A stretch of 64,000 nucleotides of DNA, from NCBI RefSeq assembly GCF_041146345.1, contig NW_027191413.1, positions 558,001 to 622,000 of the forward strand, given 5' to 3'. The stretch comes from Neodothiora populina. Its lineage: Eukaryota. Shown here in pieces: positions 35,854-49,598 of this stretch; within the stretch, counting starts at the first letter, position 1; every line of letters begins with the position of its first letter. A model generated the notes under the pieces. The model was not told the origin of the DNA. It worked only from the letters and a program-made list of their open reading frames with translations, and searched no databases. Made by a program: the position numbers and the translations under genes.

Positions 35854-36358
35854 ATGGTGCTCCGTGTCGCTCCATCGCCTGGCTTCCTTCAGTCTTTCCT
35901 CGCCGTCGCCGACGCTCGCCTGGCACCGTCTGCAATCCCCTCGAGATCCATCTTCCAATCACCAGTCCTCCAAAGATGGCCAGCCGCTCTCCTACCCGCT
36001 GTTGTGATTCCTATTCCATCCCTCGTCACGGATATTTGGGAGTCCATTCTGCGCGCAGTGCCGAAGAAGAAGACATCACACATGAAGAAGCGACACAGAC
36101 AAATGGCCGGCAAAGCTCTCAAGGATGTCACCTCTTTGAACAAGTGTTCTGCATGTGGCAGGACTAAGAGAGCTCACGTCCTGTGCCCGTACTGCGTTGC
36201 CAGTAAGTGACGTGATGAGTTCTGGGCTTTATACAGTTACTGACACGCACCCAGGCATCAAGAGATGGTTCGGCAATGACTTCAAGCCCCGAGAGAAGGA
36301 AGTCGAGTCCAAGGGCACCAAGGATGCGGCCGGCAAGGCCGAGGGTGGTGCTCAATAG
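35854..36358 (+). CDS. MRPL32: Mitochondrial ribosomal protein bL32m
   Basis: Presequence then RAVPKKKTSHMKKRHR and CSACG...HVLCPYC zinc motif. Intron ~36203-36255. Confidence 0.92.
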
Positions 36359-36775
36359 ACTATTACCTTTTGTCTCTTTCACTCCTTCCCTGCGCGGGAC
36401 TTGTATAGGCACGAAAAGTTGGTCAAGGAATATGGCTTTGTCTTTATCAGGGCGTTCGACGGAGCATTGCAGGTGTTGGTTTATGAAGTATACCAGAGGG
36501 ACACCGTAGATTTATATGTATATTAGTAGGGTGATGGTTGCGTCTTGCCTCATTCCAGATAAGATTTGTCTACTTCATCTACGACTCGGCGTGGGATTTT
36601 TTGGAAGCCGCATGCGTAACAACGTCATCTCAAAGATGCGACTCGCACCCACCAATATTCCTAGACATACTGCGTTCACGTCATGATCTTCCATCCACCT
36701 ACACTTCGCACTTCATAGTTGTTGCTAGTGCTGTGGAGTGACCGACTATAGTTGCTCAATTATTCTGACGACACA

Positions 36776-38007
36776 ATGGTAATGCACCAGCTCTCTAGGT
36801 CAAAGTGATATACGGTGGGGCTGGGCTAATAATCTGCTCCGACAGTCGAAGCAATACCTCCAGACACATTCGGTCCCAGATGCTGCGCCGACCGACATCT
36901 TTTCCTTAGCAGCGACTTCTGGTCATCTCTTGTCCGCCTCAGGATCCTCCCATATCCAAATTCATTCAACCGCGAACACCTCACCCGACGAGGACAACCC
37001 GTACCCTCTCATCCAGACTCTAGAAGGTGCGCACAAGCTGGGCGCGCACCATGTATGCGTCAGCAGCGACGGCAAGACTGCAGCCAGCGCTGGCTTTGGC
37101 GGCGAAGTGAAAGTCTGGGGGTTAGATGAAGAACAACAGCAGTGGAGCGAGAAAGGGACCATTGTAGGTGCGACACTCTCATGTCGCATATCACGTCCCT
37201 CGTACTGGGCAGAACGAAACATTTCATGGCTGACTCTGGGAGCAGACGACATGAAGTCGGGCGAGATATGGGCTATCGCACTCAGCCAGGACGGCAGATA
37301 CCTTGCCGGTACCACCTACGATGGTCGTGTCAACGTGTGGGATATGGCAACCTTGACTTCGGAGAACAAGGAGGGTGCCGCCAAAATAAGAGAGTTCGAG
37401 ACGAAAGGTAGCTTTGGCATGAGCGTGGCCTTGGTGTGTACACTTTCGATGGTCAATTGCGCCAATATACTGACAGGCATAGTCCTCGGATGGAGAGTTC
37501 ACAGCCTCAGGTCATGCGAACGGCGCGGTCTATTTGTTCAACAACACAACAGGCCGTCTGGCTCATTCATTACAAGGGCTGATCAAGCCTGTACGCAACG
37601 TCGCTTTCTCGCCCGCCTGCAAATTCCTTGCCGCTGGCGGCGACGCAAAAGTCATTGCGCTTTACGACGTCAAGAACGGCGAACAAGTCGCTAACTTGAT
37701 CGGAAGCGGGAGCTGGATCATGAGTCTGGACTGGAGCGATAGTGGAGAGTATCTTCTCAGCGGGTGAGTCATGCCAGCAATGGCTGCTGTAACAGGAAGC
37801 ACGCTGACAATTCCCAGCGCATACGACGGCAAAGCAAAGGTATGGAGCGTAGAACGTCGCGAGTGTGTCGCAACACAGACAGAATCCGACAAAACGCTCT
37901 GGACTGTCAAATGGCTACCCAAGACCGCAGCTACTCGTAACGAGACATTCGTCACCGCTGGTGCCAACAAGAGCCTCAGCTTCTACAGAGAGGCCAGTGG
38001 AGGCTGA
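36776..38007 (+). CDS. SKI8: WD40 protein Ski8/Rec14 (WDR61)
   Basis: ATG-only first coding exon, intron 36779-36845, then SKQYLQTHSVPDA...DIFSLA. AHKLGAHH, ETKGSFGMSV and FYREASGG*. Four introns. Confidence 0.88.
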
Positions 38008-39064
38008 GTGTGTCTTGTGCCAAGTTGCCTCTCAAGCAAAGGTGTAGGAGCGCTGCACGCTCGGATATCTTATTGGGGATGACACCTCGACGGTGTCGAC
38101 CTCTCTCCCTCTGCCACCGAAGAGGTTGGCGAAAAGGTCATCCTCCATGACCAACGCCCAGACTGGCGTGTCGAATGTCCAGATTTCAAAAGTGAACAGA
38201 CTTGAGCTGGGATAAGCAAGGTGATGAGGTACAGACCACGCTGGACCAAGCATAACAATCCTAGGCTCTGGGGGTCCTACCGAGAGAGCGGGCAGCATGT
38301 CGGTAAGTAACGAGTCATTTGCAAAACGACCTATATGTATATAGACAACAGAAACAATCCCATATCATCTTCGGTTCATTCATTTGTCGCCTTGGGCTGC
38401 TGAACATACAAGTCATTCCTTTCCACTATAGAAAGATGACCAACACTTGCATCATCACGGGATAGTCATCGCCTGTCGGGGCTGTGACTATATGCAAGGC
38501 AGGTGATAGACGTCGCCCGCAACACATGTGCGTTCTTGTGGGCCACATTCGACATTCGACACGGTGTGGTGTTCACTACAGCATACCCAAAGTCCCTGTC
38601 AGGTTTCATTGTCCGAAATCTGGGGTACATGCGGGTACGTACTGCGAGTATAAGGCATCTTGGCAATGAATGTCTCTGAGCAGGTGCTAGCGTACCTGCT
38701 CAGTAGTGAGCCTTGACCCTCTATTGTGCTCAATAAGCGTCCGACAGGTACATGGTCCACATTTGTCCTCGACCAATCTTGGACCGACCATCCCCTGGTG
38801 CCTGATTTGGAGAAGGATATTCGAGCCGGTAGAGAAGAAGTACTCCCTGCTTCACCGAACAACGTCGCTCTACACCAGTCATTCACATCCGATTTGACTA
38901 CTCAATATCCGATACCATTTATCTCCTTGAAGATCCGAACGACAGATCGGCATTAGGATATATTGTTTCTCTCCGCTTCACTCTAGAGCACGAGATCTGA
39001 TCTCGCGAGGACATCTCTCCTCTTTGGCACACAAATACATGTCTCGTGTTTGAAAGAACATCCA

Positions 39065-41036
39065 ATGCCTCCCAACCAACCCCTGCCCTCCCGCAGGGGC
39101 TCCTTCCAATGGGTTGAATTGTTGACTTGCGCTGCATTGTGCCTGTCATCATGGATATCTGGTGCAGTCGCCGACAAGACCGCCGCGGACTATTATGTCT
39201 CCTCTTTACCTGGCGCGCCGTCGCCGCTGCTGAAGATGCACGCTGGGTAAGTGTTTGCACTTGGCTAGGAAATATGGTAGTGGTTACAACTAGGCTGACA
39301 CATGCCACAACAGACATATCGAGGTCAGCCCAGAACACCATGGAAACCTGTTCTTCTGGCATTATCAAAACCGACATATCGCAAATCGCCAACGGACGGT
39401 CTTGTGGATCAATGGTGGGCCAGGATGTAGTTCCATGGACGGCGCAATGATGGAAGTTGGTCCTTATCGCGTTCAAGCAGACGGAAGCTTGACGTACAAC
39501 AACGGATCTTGGGACGAATTCGCCAATCTTCTCTTCGTGGACAATCCTGTTGGAACCGGCTTTAGTTACGTGGATGGCGACAGCTACGTTCATGAGCTGA
39601 AGGACATGGCTGATCAGATGGTCACTTTCTTGGAGAAGTTCTTCACTATCTTCCCAGAATACACGCTGGACGATGTGAGTACACAACTTGACTTACAAGA
39701 CTAGCTCCAGCGTTGACTCGTCTTCTAGTTCTACATCGCGGGAGAGTCATACGCAGGCCAGCATATCCCTTACATCGCTCAGGCCATTCTTGACAGGAAC
39801 GCTGAGACAAAGGGCCAGAAGTGGAATCTGGCCGGCCTCCTCATTGGAAATGGCTGGATCTCCGGTCCGGAGCAATATCTGTCGTACCTTCAATTCGCCT
39901 ACAAGGAAGGCATAATAAAGGGCGATAGTGATGCTGCAAAGCAGATCGAGGCGCAACAGGCCATATGCATAAAAGACTTGGATGCGGGCGGCAAAGACCA
40001 CGTCGACACACGATCGTGCGAGAGAATACTCACCGAGATCCTACGTATCTCAGAAAAAGATGGCAACTGCAGGAACATGTACGACGTACGCTTGACAGAC
40101 AGTTACCCAAGCTGCGGTATGAACTGGCCCCCAGATCTCGAATATGTCAGACCCTATCTCCGCAGATCAGACGTCACGAATGCTTTACACATCAATCCTG
40201 ACAAGAAATCCGGCTGGGTGGAATGCAACGGTCAAGTGGGTCAGGCCTTCACCGCAGCGAACTCCAAACCGTCTGTCGATCTTCTTCCGGGTCTCCTGGA
40301 GAAGGTACCCATCCTACTCTTCTCGGGCGACAAGGATCTGATTTGCAACCATATCGGAACCGAGGATCTCATCGGCAACCTCAAATGGAGCGGCGGCGTA
40401 GGATTCGAGACAGCGCCAGGAACATGGGCACCGCGCCGCGACTGGACGGTCGAAGACGAGCCTGCCGGGATCTGGCAGACGGCGCGGAATCTAACCTACG
40501 TGCAGTTCTACAACTCGTCACACATGGTGCCCTTCGATTACCCCCGACGAACAAGAGACATGCTGGATAGATTCATGCAAGTGGACATTGCAAGCATCGG
40601 AGGCACACCGAGCAATAGCAAGATCGACGGCGACAAGGGACTAGAGACCAGCGTGGGCGGACACCCCAACAGCACGGCGGCCGAGGAGGCGCAAAAGGAC
40701 AAACTGCAAGAAGCGACCTGGGCTGCATACTACAAGTCGGGAGAAGTCGCTCTGGTCGTCGTCAGCGTCGCCATCGCCGTCTGGGCTTTCTTTGTCTGGA
40801 GAGCGAGGAGGCGCTCGGCCAAAGGCTACATTGGCCTTTTCGGCCGCAGTGAAGAAGGTCTGAATGGGGGCATGGGCCTAGGCCTCGATAAGCTGAGGAG
40901 GAACCGTGACATCGAGGCCGCCGACTTTGACGAGGCCGAGCTGGATGATCTGGCTGCTAGTCCGCATAACCCGGAGAGGGAAAGATTCGATGTCGGCGAT
41001 GACAGCGACGAGGACGACAGACGCGTCAGACACTGA
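39065..41036 (+). CDS. KEX1: Pheromone-processing serine carboxypeptidase Kex1 (S10)
   Basis: Signal peptide, [28 protein letters not shown]-terminal TM helix and acidic tail. Two introns. Confidence 0.93.
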
Positions 41037-42463
41037 TAGTTGGGCGGCGTCTGGTCTCAACACTGCATTTCGATGGAGTTACCTTCTATAGTATTTTGTA
41101 GCAAATAGCATTGGAAGGAGTCACTTGGCAAATGGTAGGAGCATATCGATATCTTGAAAGGAATTGTTCTTATTTGGAAATAAATTTTCTTGATTGTTTA
41201 TCAGATACCGTCGTAGGAAATGTAGCATCAATACTCCAAATTCCGGCCCAATGAAGGGTCCGGGTTCGGCAGCTCAGTGCTTGACTCTATACCTTTTCAT
41301 CATCACGCAAACGATCAAGAATCCCCCAGAAAAGCCCACTTCTATCTAATGTATGTTGAAGGAACCTGGCCCGTTCGACCAAGCAAAGGCGTGGCCCTTC
41401 AATTGAGGTTTTGCCAGATCGAAGGACCACCCTAACAGATCCAAGTGAATAAAGAGATTTGAACTCCTCGCATCAAGAATGAGCCCCATTGAGTTACCCT
41501 GCTAGACAGATCAAGCCGAGGGCAAGACCGAGCAGGGCAATCGCATGTCTTTCGACCTCGACGAAAGAGTGACCGTGACACACCTTGAACCCAACTTGCT
41601 CCCAATGGCGACATTACCAAGACGAACCTGGCCCTCCTCCTACACTTGATCAAACTCTCGGCAGCAACCCACACCAGACCAATCCGGACTCATATCCTCG
41701 TCATATTGGAAAGATCTGCTGTGAGTGGGCAAGAGAAGACCAAGCGAGAGTGCAGACGGGAACAGGAGCCATGAAAGGAGGGATGGAGGTAAATGAAGGT
41801 CTTTTAGGCCGCGAAGACTGCTTCTATGGCGGCGCGTTTCCGCGTACTGGCGAAACCAGCATGTCCGGGGACTTTCTCCCAAAGCTGAGATAGAAAAAAA
41901 AGAATTTTTTTTCTGTGTGTAAGCTTTGATTGCGATCCTTTGAACGGGGAGTTGAAGGAAAAGGAAAAGGATTTGCGAACAGCTGAAGATGGAATTAAAT
42001 ATATTTTGCGGGATCCGCAGCTGCAGCCCGGTTGATCCTCGGTTTTGCTTTTCTTTGTGCTTCTTCTCCCGCCAGCGCTTTCTTTGAAGCTCTCGTGCAC
42101 GGGCCGGACCGAGTGACGCGACTTGTAACTTCCATTCATTGCCCTTTGCTGTACTGTAGATGCCTGTTGCTGCCTTTTGAGAATCGACGAAGCTCTTATT
42201 TAGTAAAGGGAGGTTGATATAATTCACCTTCACACTCACTTGCACATCTAGTGGTAACACTCCAACCCCGGATTGATTGATTGCTTGCGCGCAATCCGTG
42301 TACAATTGTGAAGCAATGTGAGTTTCTTCCATCATAAACATCCTGATTGAAAATGCCTTTCCCACAACGTGTAGTCAAGGTGCCGAGCCGCATGAGCTCT
42401 GCACACGCTCGTGGTGGTATCGATCAGAGTGCTTACAGTGATACACAGAGCGACATCAGCGAA

Positions 42464-43670
42464 ATGGCTGGCATTTTCGGTGCGCCCGCGGCTTCGGCAG
42501 CAGCCTCTGCGACGGCGACACAGGGAGACATCAGCAAGGATGTGGCATTGACAAGCCCCCCAGAGGACAGTGTGTCGGATCTTGCCTTTTCGCCTGCTTC
42601 TGAGCATCTTGCGGTCGCGTCATGGGACAAGAAAGTGCGCATCTATGAGATTGACGCTCAGGGAAACAGTCAAGGGAAGGCTATGTTTGACCATGAGGGT
42701 CCAGTGCTGAGTTGCGCATGGTCAAAGGTAAGACGAAACACCACGCGTTGGCTTGTACATCTGAGCTCTATACTCACTATCTCCTTCCAGGACGGAACCA
42801 AGGTTTTTGGTGCGGGTGGAGACAAGGCTGCGCGCATGCTTGATCTCGGTGCTGGAGGAACCACTGCTCAGCAGGTCGCTGCCCACGACCAACCCATCAA
42901 ATGCGTTGAATCTGTCGAGATCCAAGGCCAGCCCATGCTTGTCACTGGCTCATGGGACAAGACTGTCAAGTACTGGGACTTGCGACAACAACAACCTGCC
43001 GCTACCATCAACTGTCAAGACCGCGTCTACACCATGTCTGTCAAGAACAACTTGCTGGTCATCGGTACCGCAGAGAGATGGCTCAACATCGTCAATCTCG
43101 CCTCGGCACCGGACAAGTTCTACAAATCGATGCAATCGCCGCTCAAATGGCAGACACGAGTCGTATCCTGCTTCGCTGATGCTTCGGGTTTCGCTGTGGG
43201 CAGTATCGAAGGCAGATGTGCGATTCAATATGTAGAGGACAAGGACTCTGGGTAAGCTCCGTACATTTCTTACTTTGCCGGTTTTTACTGATCACATGTC
43301 TCACAGATCCAACTTCTCTTTCAAATGCCACCGCCAGAACGTCCCTAACCAACGCGACGTCGCGAACGTCTATGCGGTCAACGCGATCTCCTTCCATCCC
43401 CAACACGGCACATTCAGCACAGCCGGTAGTGACGGCACTTTCCATTTCTGGGACAAGGACGCCAAACACAGACTGAAGGGTTATCCCGAGGTTGGCGGCA
43501 CTATTTCCGCCACCAACTTCAACCGCACTGGAAGCATCTTTGCTTATGCTGTCAGCTACGATTGGAGCAAAGGCTACGCGCACAACAACCCGCAATACCC
43601 CAACAAGATCATGCTTCACCCGGTCCAGCCAGACGAGTGCAAGCCCAGACCAAACAGCAAAAAGCGATAG
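42464..43670 (+). CDS. GLE2: mRNA export WD40 nucleoporin Gle2/Rae1 (SonA)
   Basis: PPEDSVSDLAFSP, TGSWDKTVKYWD, GSIEGRCA, FSFKCHR and SYDWSKG. Introns 42728-42790 and ~43252-43306. Confidence 0.95.
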
Positions 43671-45020
43671 TCGATCCAGTCCGAATCCCTTGTCGCTAGT
43701 TCAGACGGAACGAGGGGTTTCTTCTGCACCATCGGAGAAAAATGGAGACGGGAAAGGGGGACCATTGGTAGGCAAAATAATGGGTTTTCCAAGAAACAAT
43801 CATCAAAGCATGAGAAAGCGAGGCGCTCGGCGTTTTTTGGGAGCGGGGAAAGAAGGATCCAAGGAAATTATGCTATTATTGACGGTGGCCATTTCTGGGA
43901 TGCTGCAGCATAGTTTAGGGGCTTTTGCAGTCAGGACATGAGAAACTCGGCCAATTTTGTTAGTTGTCACTTGAGTCAAGACGGGCATATACATATCTTG
44001 GCCATGAAATGATACAAACAATTCGAGATTGCTCAAGAACATGACATGTCATCTCAGAGAAGTTGCTTCAAGACGTAGTGAAAAATGAGTGAGGTTGATG
44101 AACATACATAGGTCTTTCGTGCCTTGTGTTACAAATGGCTAGAATCACGCAGCTGCAAGCCGTACAGGTATACAGCGGCAAAGAGATTACCACAGTCGAC
44201 ATGGGAATGCAGATATTTGACTAGACCAAGCAAAAGAAAAAAAAGTCGACAGACCGCGCAAGGAGATCGCGAATATTGACATTACCCACGTCTCACATCA
44301 AATCACATGTAACGGGTGAAAAGGTCAACCAATTCGACAAGAATCTCAATATCTCATTGTAGATGAATAACGACAGAAAAAAGTCTACGTAGACAAGAAC
44401 AACTCCATAAACGCAAGATACGCGAAAGCAAGATCAAAAGCTATGTATGTATGCCGGAAGCGAAACCGACCCTCCACAATACAGAAGAGCCGGAATTATA
44501 AAAGGCGCATAAAATCCCCGGGAGATGTAAGTCTCCCGAGAGGAATATGATTCAATCTCGGCCTCGCGGGAATGTGGATAATCAAACGGTTTGTTATTTT
44601 GAATCCCAAGGGTATATGGAGGCGCGATATCAACTGAAAGAAGAAAGAAGAGGAGGTTGAAGGGGGGGTGTGAAGGGTTTTATGGGAGAGAGGGGGAGCT
44701 TGGACCGCTTTGGTTGGCGGAGCCGCGGATGTTGCCGAGTTTGTGGTTTGGTAAGTGAGGGAGGGAGTGAGTGAGTGAGCTGTTTGTCTTTTCTGGCATT
44801 GTTTTGATGCGTTCGTACTGTACACTAAAACAGAGGTACTATTTGACGTAATTTAAGATCATGACATATACAGTGACAGCTTGTGTCCTGAGGGAATACT
44901 ATGTTATTTCAGTCGTGGAGTGGTGGCGTTACAATACTATTCATCGACATGGCATACAAAATTGTCATAACTTCGAATTGCAGTAAATCAGTCGATCATC
45001 TCATGAATATCTGAGGCCAC

Positions 45021-46344
45021 TCAGTTCGGGATCTCGTCAATGCTCTTCGCGTTAATCTCCTTCTTGCCGTTCATCTTCCTGCGTAAACCGCTCGATGCAG
45101 GGTAAACTGTAGAACATCAAAGTCAGTCAGAGCTCCTAATGCGATGAGAGTTGTGTAGCCACCCATCAATGGAAAAAACAAATGCATGCAACAAGGAACG
45201 AAGCAAGACTCACCGATTCTTCTCAACCTGTTGGATCCGCCAAGGGGTTGGTAAGCCTTGAGCCCATGCCAGGGGTCAACCCTGAGGTGATCTTCCCAGA
45301 AAGCCTTCCTCTCAAAGTCAAAACTCTCCTGCTTGGGAATCTTGAGCGTAGCGACCGTCTGCCAGGGGTACTTCTCCGGGCCCCAGAGTGTGCCTACATA
45401 CTCCACCGGCTGATCTTCGAGATTCTCGAGCAGCTGCACCTGGAAGAGATACTCGGCATCGTACTCGTTGTGGAAGTTTTGCAGCCAGCGATGTAGGATG
45501 TCAGAGCCGTGCTCTGGCTTGATGGTTTCATCGAAGAGCTTCTTCTGTGTTCCGGTCGATGGGACGAGGCAGTATTTCATGACGTAATCGCCAAATCGGT
45601 AGGCCGTCTGAGAGTATTGTCTCATACTCTCAAGATGGGTCTGACGCACTTGATCTCGACCTCTTTGCAGCTCTGTGTCATCGCGCTTGGCAAGATGCTC
45701 TTGCAGAACTTTCGGGTCTGATCCATATTTCATCCGAAGACCGATGATCTCACGAGTCACCTTTGCTGTCGCCAAGTCGAGGACGGGTGTGCTGTTAAAC
45801 TCGATGTCTTGGGTTGGGAAGTCCTTGCCCACATCAAACATGTCGCCTTCAACATTGAATATCTTCATCGAAAACCCGCGAGGCTGTGGAATGCGATCCT
45901 AGAAGACTGTTAGGTTTCATGTCTCTGCAGTTGCGTACAGTTGACTCATACATCAAGCCCTGGATCGCCTGGTTCGGTGCTGTACCTGCAAGCTACCGGA
46001 TACTCCCCGGGGCGAGAGAACAGCTCGCCTTGTCTGAGGTACTCAGGCAAGTCGTGCACGACAAACGTGCCTTTGACAATGCCGTGCGTCCTAGCATGGG
46101 TACCGCCGAAGCAGTGACGATGCAAATTCCATTGCGCCTTTTGACTGGCATTGATTTGTTCGGCAACAGCATCAATGTCCTCCTTTTCTCCAGGAGGAAC
46201 ATTCTCTACGCCCTCGCTGTCCCAGCGCACATAATTCCTCTTTGACAAGTCTTGTGCGCTAAGGCCATTGGTATCGCCGTCGCCCGGAGCTGGGAGCACT
46301 GAGAAAGCCGCGCTTCTGTCGGCGAGTGTAGTTGTCGCTGACAT
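45021..46344 (-). CDS. Catalase-fold heme protein (short catalase-like)
   Basis: THARTHGIVKG distal-His motif, RYSTEPGDPGLD|DRIPQPRGFSMK and DPWHGL...PLGGSNRLRRI|VY (proximal Tyr). Two introns. Confidence 0.82.
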
Positions 46345-47133
46345 TGTGAAATGGGTGCAGAGTGAAAGAGATAGTAGACGAAGTGTTACCACTCAGGAAA
46401 GATGCTGACCCACCTGCCCTTAGGACACCATGACGCATTTATAACCACGCCTTCGTTCGTACACAACGCGATAGAGCATCAGAGTTGCGGGGTAGAGTCA
46501 AACATACTCTGACACTTGACCTAAAACAGCAATCCCAGTGATTCAAAGCGATCATGGCGAGATCCAGATTTCAGATGATATGCTTGCGCTGTGGAGTAGC
46601 TGTCTTGCCGCCCTCAGATACTCCTGATCAACATGGTTGGGAGGGGCCGGTCAGACGGAGGAGGAAAGTACACAATGATAATTCCAAATGCAATCACTGG
46701 CTGGCAAGGATTAAGGCAATGCGCGACAACTACTTACAGTCACAGCCAAGCATGCTGGTGCACGGGAGGACAGTCCAGTGGCTGACGGAGAGGATCAACA
46801 ACTCATTGATGTTGGTATTTCGTTTTCGTTCTGATCTGCAGGTGGTATACAGTAATATCAGGAGGTAGAGACAATCAAGGGCGATGGATTAGAGAATAAG
46901 AGACGCGCGGTATCAGGCGGAGATTAGATGTCCGCGTTCCACATTCGGGGAGGCTTTCGTCATCTGGGGAAGGTGGTGCCGCGCTAAAAGGGAAGATGCG
47001 CCCTTGCAACGAAGTTGTTATACGGCCTGGACTTTTGTCTATTTACTCGGTTCTGATCGTATATTGGTGACCCTGCGAGAGCGTGCACTGTGCGCATTGA
47101 CGAGGTGTGCCATCTTCGCCTCTTCACAACACC

Positions 47134-49250
47134 ATGTCGGCCACCAATGCTTCTGATCCGGTATCAAAATCAGGTTGGTTCTCGCTTGGACAGGTGTCAT
47201 CTTTTGTGTTTTTGTTTTGGGGGGAAGATTCACTAACGCCATCTGCTCTATAACACAGCTGCGAAGAAGAAAAGAAAGAACAAGAAGAAGGTCAATGACA
47301 AAAGTAAAGACGCCGGCGACAATGCCGAGGCTAACGGGCTGAGAGAGGATATCGAGAAAGAGGGCGAGGGAGAGGGAGAGGGCGAGAACGAGGGCGAGGC
47401 GGAGGCTGAGGTAGACGATGTTGAGGTCGAGGTCACAGATGACACGGCGCAGACACCCGAGCAAGTGAGACTAGGCCGGAAACTCGAAACACGATTGAAT
47501 GTGGATCGCTTCTAACGTGAGACAAAAAGCAAGCAACGGTAGCTGAGACGACCCCTGAGCAGCCAGTGCCAGACTCATCAACACCAGCCGAGCAGACCAC
47601 GGCACCTTCAGACCCCTCCCCTCAGGACCCCACGTCTGTACCAGAACCTCCTCTCAGCAATGGAATCCCCAGCGATCGAGAGACAGCGGCTGGCGCAGAG
47701 GAGCAAAGCACCCCTGACGACACAGCAGCACGATTGGAGGCAATGACGACGGAGAGGGACGAACTACGTGCCCAGGTAGCCGCGCTACGCAAGTCACTGG
47801 AGACTACACGACACGATCACCAAGGCGAGCTAACCGGTTTACGTGAAGAGGTGGAAGACGCCAAGACTGCAAAAGAAAATGCCGAATTACAATATCGCAC
47901 CCTACTGGGCAAAGTCAACACGATCCGATCGCAATTAGGGGAGCGACTCAAGGCAGATGCGGAAGAACTGTCTCAGGCGCGCACACAACTCGAGGAGCTC
48001 CAGGAGGAAACCCGCAGCCTACGAGAGATCAACGAGGACCTTCAAAACACCATTGTCGAGGTACAGGCCAAAACCAAGGAGCAGGAAGATGAGCTTGAAT
48101 TGCTCAGGAGCCGCACGAATCTTTCCCAGACGAACTGGGCGCAAGAAAGAGATGAGCTACTCGGCCGAGAGGCATATGCAAAAGAAGAGTTCGAGAGCGC
48201 CAGACAGGCCATGCAAGATTGGGAAGTTCTGGCCATGGAGGAAAGATCATTACGTGAGAGTCTTAGCGACAAGGTTGCCGAATTGGAAGATCAGTTGAAT
48301 GCGCAGAGGGAAGCCTATGAGAGAGCTGTGGATGATCGAGACACCCAAAGTGCGACAGTTGATGGACTACAACGGGCGTTGCAGGAGATACAAGAAGGTG
48401 CGTCGCATCATCTCTACTTTTTACGAGCCAAGGGGAGCTGACATCATCTAGCACGTAAACGCGAACTCCGCGAAGTAGTAGAGAACTCGCAGACACAGCT
48501 CGAGGCACTACGATCAGAAGCCGAAACGGCCAAGTCAGGAGCAGCCGCAAGCGCAGCCGAGCTGAAAGCCACAAAGAAGGAACTCGAGCGGGCCTTGCCC
48601 TTCGAAAAGGAGGTCAAGGAAAAGAACCTCCTGATTGGCAAATTAAGACATGAGGCCGTCATCTTGAACGACCACTTGACAAAAGCACTCCGTTTCCTGA
48701 AACGAGGCAAGCCGGAAGACAACGTCGACCGACAGATAGTCACGAATCACTTCCTGCATTTCCTGATGCTCGATCGGAGTGACCCGAAGAAATTCCAGGT
48801 CTTGCAGCTGATTGCCGCCTTACTTGGATGGACGGAAGGTACGTTTTTGAATTTGGCTTTCTCCCCCACCTGCTTCATGCACTTCAACAGACCCAAAACA
48901 GAACATGACTCGCTCACAAAAACCCATCAAAAACAGAACAACGAGAACAAGCAGGGCTAGCGCGACCTGGAGCCTCCAACGCCGCCCTACGAGTACCCCT
49001 GTCTCCCTTCCGCCGCACCCCAAGCACACCCTCGTTATCCTCCGACTTCATGCCCGACGGCGGCAGCAACGTCGGCAGCAAAGAGTCTCTGGCTGAGCTA
49101 TGGTCTGATTTCCTTGAACGAGAAGCGCAAGAAGGCGGCGGAAGCAGTAGTAGTAGAGCGGGAAGTGTCGTCGGCCACGGCATGAGGAGTCCTACCATCA
49201 CGAGTCCAACCATGGAGAGACAGATGATGGGATTCGGAAAGGGTCATTGA
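47134..49250 (+). CDS. RUD3: Golgi matrix coiled-coil protein with GRAB domain
   Basis: Long coiled coil, KEKNLLIGKLRHEAVIL, DNVDRQIVTNHFLHFL...KKFQVLQLIAALLGW and LAELWSDFLERE. Four introns (47174-47258, 47465-47529 and two later). Confidence 0.88.
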
Positions 49251-49598
49251 GATGCTTATGGGAAAAAAGGGGAGGGGACCATCACCTGTCCGAATAGGGT
49301 TGGATGGGTGTGGTTGTGGGGCCTTATATACAGGTGTACGATGTACGCTTCATTCATCCGAAAATGTAAAGGAACAGGGAGCGAGCGATTTCGCCTCTCT
49401 ACTATGGCAGCCTTTTCCGTTGGCTATTTTGCCCCTATACTCGTCCCAAGTGCTAGACACTCAATGTCACAAGGTGAGTCATGTTTCCGGGTGCTGGATG
49501 AATACGAAATGATAAAGTGAACCTTTTTTTGCAATGTCTGTCTATTGGTATATATCTCTCTCTCACAACACATGCCACTTGCGCGCGACAGACTATTC

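Noticed and set aside
36212..36243. TGATGA...CTGA suggesting a C/D snoRNA in the MRPL32 intron
   Set aside because: The intron is only about 53 nt, and the CTGA is part of the branch point.
38032..38956. Short ORFs between SKI8 and KEX1
   Set aside because: No recognisable domain or coherent gene model; a decayed gene cannot be excluded.
44519..44538. CGGGAGA-N6-TCTCCCG inverted repeat
   Set aside because: A 7-bp stem is expected by chance in 64 kb; no supporting context.
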